DNA of 64,000 nucleotides from an uncultured Candidatus Saccharibacteria bacterium (lineage in GTDB: Bacteria > Patescibacteriota > Minisyncoccia > Phycocordibacterales > UBA9973): assembly GCA_964634365.1 (NCBI GenBank), contig CAZWJU010000002.1, forward strand, positions 103,150 through 167,149, read 5' to 3'. Positions 57,585 through 64,000 of the stretch are shown here, in pieces; position 1 is the stretch's first letter, and each line of letters begins with the position of its first letter. Both the position numbers and the translations under genes were made by a program. The notes beneath the pieces are model-generated. The model was not told where the DNA came from. It searched no databases and worked only from the letters and a program-made list of their open reading frames with translations.

Positions 57585-57763
57585 ATTTATTGGTTTTATT
57601 GTGAATTCAATATAGAACTTTTACTCACGTAGTATAGCACATATACCCCCCATTTGTCAAGCCCTCCCGTACCCCCTATTTTTCTGTTATAATCTCAATA
57701 GTTTATAGGATTTCTTTGTATTTTTACTAAAACCTAACACCTATAACCTTAAACCTATCCAAT

Positions 57764-58348
57764 ATGTTAATCCCAACAGTCCTCGAAAAATCCCAATTTG
57801 GCGAACGCGCATACGATATTTACTCTCGCCTGCTAAAAGAGCGTATTATTTTCCTAAACGATGAGGTGAACGACTACACTGCAAACTTAGTTATTGCTCA
57901 GCTTATCTTCCTTGCTCACGAAGATCCAAAAAAAGATATTCAGCTATACATAAACTCTCCAGGAGGATCAGTTACAGCTGGTATGGCGATATATGACACA
58001 ATGCAATTCATAAAACCAGACGTTACTACTATATGTGTTGGTATGGCAGCATCTATGGGAGCAGTGCTTCTCGCTGGTGGTGCAAAAGGCAAACGTTTTG
58101 CTCTTCCAAACTCTCGCATGATGATCCACCAAGTACTCGGTGGCGCTGAAGGTCAGGCAAGTGACGTTGAGATTCGTACACGCGAACTATTACGTATGAA
58201 AAAAATGTTGAACGAACTTCTTGCAAAACACACAGGACAAAAACTAGCAAAAGTTGAAGCCGACGCTGACCGAGACTATTTTATGACAGCCGACGAAGCA
58301 AAAAAATACGGTCTTATAGATGAAGTAATCACAAAAGCTAAGATATAA
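57764..58348 (+). CDS. clpP: ATP-dependent Clp protease proteolytic subunit
   Basis: [27 protein letters not shown] Ser site, and MIHQ His. Confidence 0.9.
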   Translation: MLIPTVLEKSQFGERAYDIYSRLLKERIIFLNDEVNDYTANLVIAQLIFLAHEDPKKDIQLYINSPGGSVTAGMAIYDTMQFIKPDVTTICVGMAASMGAVLLAGGAKGKRFALPNSRMMIHQVLGGAEGQASDVEIRTRELLRMKKMLNELLAKHTGQKLAKVEADADRDYFMTADEAKKYGLIDEVITKAKI

Positions 58349-58365
58349 ATACAATATCAAAATAA

Positions 58366-58392
58366 AAAACCCGCCTAGCGGGTTTTTTATTT
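58366..58392 (+). terminator. Rho-independent terminator after clpP
   Basis: aaaaaacccgcc-tagc-gggttttttat. Confidence 0.65.
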
Positions 58393-58410
58393 AATTGGTG
58401 TATTTAGAAT

Positions 58411-58620
58411 CCTTGGAGCCTAACTTTGCCTTGTAGATTTACATATCTAGACGAACGCAAATAGTGTTTCAAAAGACTCTGTGTAGTGCGACGGCGCGAA
58501 ACAAAGAAAATTTATAGCAGTAAATTTTCGTGTCTTTTGAAACACTATTAAGTGAGTTGTTTTTTGAAAAAGTAATAGTTAAACAAGTAAAGAAAAATTC
58601 CGCTTTGCGGAATTTTTCTT
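58411..58620 (+). repeat. Partial, diverged copy D of the structured element. It holds the conserved three-way-junction core plus a 3' hairpin.
   Basis: tagtgtttcaaaagact...aaaatttaTAGCAGtaaatttt...gtcttttgaaacacta aligns with the core of copies A-C, with compensatory changes. Confidence 0.6.
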
Positions 58621-58763
58621 TGAATTTTTAATACATAAACTACCGAGCGTATTCTATTACTCTCGCCTCTCGAATCAAGGTTACCCCGGTACGAAAATTG
58701 CACAGCGAATGCCTGTGCAATTTCATACGGGGCGAGACGTGGTAAATTTATTTTTTGTGATTT

Positions 58764-60290
58764 CTATCTTGCATACTCAATTACCCGAGTTTCTCTAATC
58801 AGGGTGACTTTTATTTCACCTGGATATTTCAATTCAGACTCTATTTTCTTTGCTATCTCACGAGCCATCTCTTTTGCTTCTACATCACCGACTTTTTCAG
58901 GAGTTACAAAAAGTCGTATCTCGCGACCAGCTTGGAGTGCATAAGATTTTTCTACACCTTCAAACTGATTTACAAGAGCTTCAAGTTCTGCAAGTCTGCG
59001 CAAGTAGTTTTCGACACTATCACGTCTTGCACCAGGTCTTCCGCCAGATATATAGTCTGCTGTTTGTACTATCACAGCTTCTAGTGTTTCGTGTGGGCAG
59101 TCATCGTGGTGAGATTTCATAGCTTGTATAACGCGTGGATCAGCACCAAATTTCTGCAAGATTCTGATACCGATATCTATGTGTGTACCTTGAACCTCAT
59201 GGTCTAGGGCCTTACCTATATCATGTACAAGCGCACCAGCTTTTGCTATCTGCACATCTGCACCGAGCTCTTCGGCTATCATGCCCGCGATGTGAGTCAT
59301 CTCAATTGAGTGTTGAAGTACGTTTTGTCCATAACTTGTTCGGAAATATAGACGTCCGATTATGGCTACTATACGAGGATCGAAGTTGAATATTCCACAT
59401 TCGTACACTGCTTGCTCACCCTTCTCTTTGATAATTTTATTTATATCTTCTTTTGCCTTATCTACCATTTCTTCGATCTTTGCAGGTTGGATACGTCCAT
59501 CGAGGATTAGGTTCTCAAGTGCAAGTCTTGCTATCTGTCTCCTAACTGGATCAAAACTAGATATTACAATAGTTCCAGGTGTGTCATCTACGATTAGCTC
59601 TACTCCGGCTGCACGCTCAAACGCTCTGATGTTTCGTCCTTCCTTTCCAATTATCTTTCCTTTGATTTCATCGTTTGGAATAGAAACGTTTGTCGCCATC
59701 AGTTCAGCTGCAGTAGAAGATGCTAGTCTTTGGATTGATGTTGCGAGTATTTCTTTTGCGCGTCCATCGAGTTTCTCCTGACCTGATTGTTCGAGCTTCT
59801 GGATTCTAACAAGTAAATCTTCTTCATAATCTTTTTCGATAGTAGTCATGAGCTCTGCTTTTGCATCTTCGCGAGTTAGTCCGGCTACACGCTCAAGCTC
59901 TTTGTGTTTTGTTTCTTCTAGCTCAACTGTTTTTTCTTTGATTTTTTTGATCTCTTCAACTTTGAGTTTTATATTCTCAACCTCTTTGTCTATTTCGGTT
60001 TGGCGAGCATCTAAAAGCTCCTCTTTTTTGATAAGGCGCTTTTCAGTTTCTTTGAACTCTATTTCGCGATTTTTCTCTTCCCTTTTTAGTTCTTCGTCAC
60101 GCTCCTCAGCTTTCTTTTTTGCTTCGTCTATTATTCTTTGCGCTTCCTCTTTTGCAGAGATCAATATCTTTTTGATCTCAAGCTCCATTGAACCCTTTTG
60201 TCCGAGGGCTATGATTAGTCGGAGATAATATCCGACTGCAACACCTACGACTAGTGCTAGTCCTAGGAATGCCAATAAATGTAAATTCAT
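58764..60290 (-). CDS. rny: Ribonuclease Y
   Basis: N-terminal TM, coiled coil, KH domain (GKIIGKEGRNIRAFE) and HD domain (HSIEMTHIAG...LVHDIGK). Confidence 0.9.
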   Translation of the reverse strand: MNLHLLAFLGLALVVGVAVGYYLRLIIALGQKGSMELEIKKILISAKEEAQRIIDEAKKKAEERDEELKREEKNREIEFKETEKRLIKKEELLDARQTEIDKEVENIKLKVEEIKKIKEKTVELEETKHKELERVAGLTREDAKAELMTTIEKDYEEDLLVRIQKLEQSGQEKLDGRAKEILATSIQRLASSTAAELMATNVSIPNDEIKGKIIGKEGRNIRAFERAAGVELIVDDTPGTIVISSFDPVRRQIARLALENLILDGRIQPAKIEEMVDKAKEDINKIIKEKGEQAVYECGIFNFDPRIVAIIGRLYFRTSYGQNVLQHSIEMTHIAGMIAEELGADVQIAKAGALVHDIGKALDHEVQGTHIDIGIRILQKFGADPRVIQAMKSHHDDCPHETLEAVIVQTADYISGGRPGARRDSVENYLRRLAELEALVNQFEGVEKSYALQAGREIRLFVTPEKVGDVEAKEMAREIAKKIESELKYPGEIKVTLIRETRVIEYAR

Positions 60291-60562
60291 GTAATCTTCG
60301 TCTGCTTACGATAGTAGTTTCGCTTTTTGAGTGATTTCTATTTGAATTTTAGTATTTTGATGATTCATATCAGAGCTTTGCAGAAATATTTTCTCACACA
60401 CTTCGCGTCTAAAATCTGGTAAGTAGGTAAATTGTTTATAAGTTCGATGTCTCCATATTAGCACACCTTTTTCATTGTGTCATTGATATTCTTGACATAG
60501 TACATATTCAGTTATACTTTATAGACATTAAAAATCCGCCTCGTTAGCAAGAGGCGGATTTT

Positions 60563-60943
60563 TTAATTTGTCTGAGATTCGTCTTCTTCCTGCAAGACTT
60601 TTTCTATCTTTGCACTATGAGTTCCCTTGTCTATACCAAGTATTATCATACTAGCACCCATACCAATCATAGATACTGCTAGTATTCTATATGCTATTAA
60701 AATTTCTTTTATTGTCTCTGGCGGAAGACTGTCTATATTTTGCGCTAGAGTAGAATGTTCACCAAAAACTCTTTTTGCTACAAATGAACCAGCAATTACA
60801 GCAAAAACACCCGCCCATGTTGCTGGTTTTTTTAAGATTTCTTTTATTTTTAAAATAGTTTCTGGTTTTGCATTTTCAACCTTTTCCATGAAAATATCTT
60901 TCTCGCTTTTTTCTATTGGTGTATTTATATTTTCTTTTTCCAT
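60563..60943 (-). CDS. Small membrane protein, hypothetical
   Basis: Two TM helices. 126 aa. Confidence 0.5.
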   Translation of the reverse strand: MEKENINTPIEKSEKDIFMEKVENAKPETILKIKEILKKPATWAGVFAVIAGSFVAKRVFGEHSTLAQNIDSLPPETIKEILIAYRILAVSMIGMGASMIILGIDKGTHSAKIEKVLQEEDESQTN

Positions 60944-60945
60944 AT

Positions 60946-61105
60946 TTTACTTGTTGTCTTCATCTAATATATTTTCAATCTCTTTCATTGCATTTAGAGC
61001 AAGTTCCTCTATCGCAGCCTTTTCTGATTCGGTCGCAGTACCCTGCTTTATCTTTTCGACCATAGCTTCGTATTCTTCTTTTGTGTATTTTATTTCGTCT
61101 TGCAT
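60946..61105 (-). CDS. Small acidic protein, about 52 aa. Hypothetical. Approximate coordinates.
   Basis: ATG...MQDEIKYTKEEYEAMVEKIKQG... read from the minus strand; too short to appear in the provided ORF track. Confidence 0.3.
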
Positions 61106-61140
61106 ATTTTTTATTTTACCATATTTAAAAAAATGAAATA

Positions 61141-61440
61141 AAAAAAACCCGCAGAACTATTGTCTGCGGGGCGGGTCCACGGCGTGGGACCCTGTTTTTT
61201 GCCGGGGGGGGTCATGACTTCCTCCTGGCTCTCTTTTTTGGCCCAGTCGCTTCCGGTTATGGAAGTCTTCCTTTCGAAAGACTTCGGCGTAGTGCGACGG
61301 ATCGGGCCTCTGTTGTGCCCCGGCTCTTGGCCTAGCCCCTATCCTTTCGGTAGGGGGGCGGGCTCTGGCACGGGGGCTTCCGGCGTTTTAGACGTCCTTT
61401 ATCGACGCATAGGTAGTATAGCACAGTGACTAATCTTTGT
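61141..61440. ncRNA. GC-rich structured non-coding segment. It appears to be a divergent fifth member of the repeat-element family; strand uncertain. A minus-strand terminator sits at 61141-61175.
   Basis: GC far above the local background. GNRA-capped hairpin gaagtcttt-c-GAAA-g-gaagacttc. Shares tttcgaaagact + tagtgcgacgg with copy D and ccgg...tagacgt with copies A/B. No credible ORF. Confidence 0.45.
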
Positions 61441-61600
61441 CAAGCCCCTTATGCTTATCCTTCCGAGTATACCTGGCTTTATCTTTATGTGTCTTCCCTT
61501 TCATGTTTACTCCTGCAAATACATTTCGAGACATCTCTCTGCTTTCCTTTGCGAGATCATGTTTCACAACAATACGGATATTTTTCTTTTTCTTGCTCAT
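61430..61600 (-). CDS. Small Lys-rich basic protein (56 aa), hypothetical
   Basis: MSKKKKNIRIVVKHDLAKESREMSRNVFAGVNMKGKTHKDKARYTRKDKHKGLDKD. Not in the ORF track because it is under 60 aa. Confidence 0.35.
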   Translation of the reverse strand: MSKKKKNIRIVVKHDLAKESREMSRNVFAGVNMKGKTHKDKARYTRKDKHKGLDKD

Positions 61601-61659
61601 AATTTTTTATTTTAAAAAATTAAACGAAAAAAGAAGGGATTACTCCCCTCTTTAAAAAA

Positions 61660-61974
61660 TTAATTCACCCAGTCATTCACGAGGGGTATTCGTGCTTGTT
61701 TGAAATATTTTTTCAAACCTACACAAATACTCTTTTGAATGTGAAGTGACACATTAAAACCAGTTACAGAAGCGAAGACCTTGTGGTCATACGCCCACGA
61801 AGTTTGATCAAGAATTTCAAGAATCTGATGGTTCATCGATATTGTCCGAAATATTCGAAGTACAATATCATCCAAAGATTCCCTGCCTCCCCAGAGAAAT
61901 AATTCGGTATGAGGCTCTTGATATCCTTCGTGGGGCACTTCTACTGCCAATGTAACTACAACAATTTTTTCCAT
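61660..61974 (-). CDS. Small hypothetical protein
   Basis: 104-aa ORF. Confidence 0.45.
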   Translation of the reverse strand: MEKIVVVTLAVEVPHEGYQEPHTELFLWGGRESLDDIVLRIFRTISMNHQILEILDQTSWAYDHKVFASVTGFNVSLHIQKSICVGLKKYFKQARIPLVNDWVN

Positions 61975-62080
61975 ACGTTTACGTTTTTTGGTTTATTTTT
62001 TGTTTCGTGTAACGTTTAAAATTTATTCTTATTTTTACTTGTGAAACTGACTAAACGTATGGATATACTTAGGCAATATA

Positions 62081-62386
62081 TTACTTTTTCTTCAGATTTT
62101 CCGGAGTCGAACAGCCGACAAAATTAAAATCAATCCCATCACTTGTGTTCGACTGGTACGGAAGCACTGCACCAAGCAGCTTTTTCATGCCATCAACAAA
62201 ATTATCAACCTCATTTGGAGCGGCTTTCTCAATTTCATCCCACGCCACATGTAAGGTCACGGTTTTACCACGCTTGTCATCTTTTTGTGAAACAAAGGTA
62301 TATTGCATATATTTATTTTTTAAAGGTTTAAAGAACAAACGCGCGGCACTGCTGTGCCTGTGCAATGTCGCATGTTCGTCCTTCAA
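62081..62386 (-). CDS. Small hypothetical protein (possibly starts at the internal MQYTFVSQ)
   Basis: 101-aa ORF. Confidence 0.4.
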   Translation of the reverse strand: MKDEHATLHRHSSAARLFFKPLKNKYMQYTFVSQKDDKRGKTVTLHVAWDEIEKAAPNEVDNFVDGMKKLLGAVLPYQSNTSDGIDFNFVGCSTPENLKKK

Positions 62387-62831
62387 TCTCTCTACAGAAC
62401 TCCGAATATTTCAGAATCCTGATAAAGGGAGCGAGTTATACTCGCCCTTTTTACCTTTTGATACCCATTGGTGTCATCAAAATCCTTTTCTCAAAAAAAT
62501 TCTGGGCTTTGCAAAGTTTTTGTTTTTTCTCCCCTGTAGGAAGAAATCCATTTTTCTTTAAAAGCTTGCTAGCTTCTTGTTCAAGTCTTTTTTGTTCCAA
62601 TGTTGTTTTTTCCATAAGATTATTTTTTCGACACAGAGTTTTTCTGAACAGACTTGTTGCATTGATCACAACACAGCAAGTCTTTTTATTTCCAAGGAAA
62701 ACTTGATGGGAGAGACGCGCCTCTCTTGCATCGCTAAACCTACCAGTCCGGCTGGCTTCGCATCTTTAGCAGACGCGATCACGTGGTCTTCGACTGTTCA
62801 TCGAGTTTTTGTTTTTGGGTGAAAAAATATT

Positions 62832-63245
62832 TTAAAACCAGATTACATGAGGCTCATACCCGAGTGGGAGTGTGAATTCTTTTTTGTAATCATCGAGGGC
62901 TTTCGAAAAATCCTCGCGACCATACCACCAGCCGGAGATACACTCACCTTGTGGATGTTTCTCAAACTGCAGAAATGCGCGATTGGCCTCATCTTGTGTT
63001 TCAAACACAAAGGTGTTTTCGCACATCATAGTAGTTACGGCGATAGGTTTATAACCAGCCGATTTCAAAATTTCAAGATCAAAATAAAACTTCTGTAAAT
63101 CTTTAGAGATATTATTTTCTTCCATCCATCTTTGACGTCTTTCAATTTCTTCAAACCATTCGTCCATTTCTTTTGCAATTTTTGGGTCGATTGGCCCTAA
63201 AAGATCATCGAGTTCTTTCAGATAATTTCTTCTTATAGATTTCAT
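62832..63245 (-). CDS. Hypothetical protein (137 aa)
   Basis: ORF with a coiled N-terminus and Trp-rich C-terminal region. Confidence 0.45.
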   Translation of the reverse strand: MKSIRRNYLKELDDLLGPIDPKIAKEMDEWFEEIERRQRWMEENNISKDLQKFYFDLEILKSAGYKPIAVTTMMCENTFVFETQDEANRAFLQFEKHPQGECISGWWYGREDFSKALDDYKKEFTLPLGYEPHVIWF

Positions 63246-63556
63246 TTATTATTTTTTAGAATTTAAAGAACTATATTCATTTTGAAAACTCAACCTAAGT
63301 TCAGTTCTCAAAAATCAGGACGAAAAAAATAATACTGTCGTCCGGCAGTCGTTCGATATGAACTCCCACTTGCAATACGCAATTTACTTTACGCTCGTGG
63401 TATAACGCAGCTAGAGGCAACAACCTACTTCCTTCAGTTTTGCTTTATTTAGACTTTTCCTAGGTTGATCCAAGCTCAATCAATTTTCATCCCTGTAAAG
63501 GGATATATGATGAGAGCGTGAACCAGAGCCTTCATGAATCTGGACACCATTTTGTT

Positions 63557-63877
63557 TTACAAAATACAATAAATAGGAAGGAGAAGTTTTAATTTCATCT
63601 CCTCAACTATCTCTTCATTTGTTGCTTCGGGTTTTACAATTACTCCGATCCACAACGTATTTGCATCACTTGGGTATCTGTTAAAAATATAAGCTTTTTT
63701 TATATCAACATTATTTGTTTTTACGGCTTCCATAATATTTACAATTCTTCTAGCACATACAGAGCAATGCCCTTCTTCGGCAACTTCAAAATATGCCCTA
63801 CCATCATCACAAATACGAATTTCACGCTTAGTTGACCAGCCATTTAAGACTACAAAAAAAGATTTTATAACGTTCAT
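63557..63877 (-). CDS. Small Cys-containing hypothetical protein (106 aa)
   Basis: C..HC..C cluster (CDDGRAYFEVAEEGHCSVCARR). The start is overlapped by a 19-bp inverted repeat. Confidence 0.45.
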   Translation of the reverse strand: MNVIKSFFVVLNGWSTKREIRICDDGRAYFEVAEEGHCSVCARRIVNIMEAVKTNNVDIKKAYIFNRYPSDANTLWIGVIVKPEATNEEIVEEMKLKLLLPIYCIL

Positions 63878-64000
63878 GGTGATTCATTTGGTGAAATGGG
63901 GTTTCTAGAATTACCCCGTTCCACCAAATGAATTATTTTTATAAAGAACTTACTTTCTACCAAGCCGCAATCGAAATTGTAGTCTGGATAAAAAGGGCAA

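Noticed and set aside
60494-60566. Plus-strand sigma70-like promoter (ttgaca ... tatact) followed after about 35 nt by a terminator: a possible tiny sRNA
   Set aside because: The spacing between the -35 and -10 candidates is suboptimal and the implied transcript would be under 40 nt. More likely this is a chance promoter-like sequence in the rny upstream region plus the terminator of the 60563-60943 gene.
61160-61429. 89-aa + strand ORF in the GC-rich island
   Set aside because: High GC suppresses stop codons. The product (MSAGRVHGVGPCFLPGG...) is low-complexity Gly/Pro/Ser. The region is better explained as structured non-coding sequence related to the repeat family.
61141-61440. tmRNA, RNase P RNA, SRP RNA or tRNA in the GC-rich island and elsewhere
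   Set aside because: I looked for GGUUCGAAUCC-type T-loops, a tmRNA tag ORF / 3' CCA-acceptor, the RNase P GGAAAGUCCGGGCUCC and ACAGAACCCGGCUUA blocks, and the SRP GGAA-tetraloop/AGCAGC motif on both strands. None matched convincingly. No tRNA-like cloverleaf signature was seen anywhere in the window.
1-64000. CRISPR array
   Set aside because: No series of regularly spaced short direct repeats was found. The only multi-copy sequences are the 390-490-nt elements and the terminator hairpins.
1-64000. Alternative genetic code (UGA recoding, as in some CPR lineages)
   Set aside because: Very long ORFs (1114, 1027, 704, 638 aa) are uninterrupted in the standard code, and gene boundaries fall at sensible stop codons. 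There is no evidence for stop-codon reassignment.

Overview
The window is AT-rich (about 35% GC by eye), gene-dense bacterial chromosome, transcribed mostly on the minus strand. The protein content looks like a small-genome, possibly CPR/Patescibacteria-like organism; this is inference from gene content only.

Recognisable housekeeping genes, by order of appearance: rpmB, rnhA, recJ, a HIT protein, rsmA/ksgA, a UvrD/PcrA-type helicase, pgk, tpiA, nusA, ppa, tig, clpP and rny.

Three larger systems are present:
1. A competence-like set: a ComEC channel ORF without its lactamase domain, a separate ComEC-type MBL protein, and a type IV pilus cluster with PilB, PilC and several prepilin-like proteins including a 598-aa one.
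2. A roughly 12.4 kb minus-strand cluster (15443-27855) that resembles a Gram-positive-type type IV secretion or DNA-uptake module. It has a PrgI/VirB3-like protein, a VirB4 split into two ORFs, a VirB6-like polytopic protein fused to an FN3 domain with a long charged tail, and a secreted FN3 / pilin-like hairpin / M15 peptidase fusion. No relaxase or coupling protein lies in the window.
3. A family of non-coding, apparently structured repeat elements of roughly 390-490 nt. Three full copies sit at 30664-31052, 38130-38580 and 56336-56820. A partial copy is at 58411-58620 and a divergent GC-rich copy at 61141-61440. The copies show compensatory base changes in at least three helices, and one copy carries terminal inverted repeats. 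I rate this family the most novel signal.

Other notable items:
- A secreted fibre-like protein carries a peptidase-S74 intramolecular chaperone domain.
- Two distant secreted proteins share a repeated AW(S/G)E..GWI.F domain.
- A protein with a Bacteroidetes-style signal peptide and a T9SS C-terminal sorting domain sits in this otherwise CPR-like context.
- A roughly 48% GC lipoprotein gene, together with repeat copy C, interrupts the tig-clpP linkage.
- CCT-containing heptamers repeat four times at 7-nt periodicity immediately upstream of the nusA and clpP start codons.

No CRISPR array, rRNA or convincing tRNA was found. Coordinates I derived by hand may be off by 1-2 nt.
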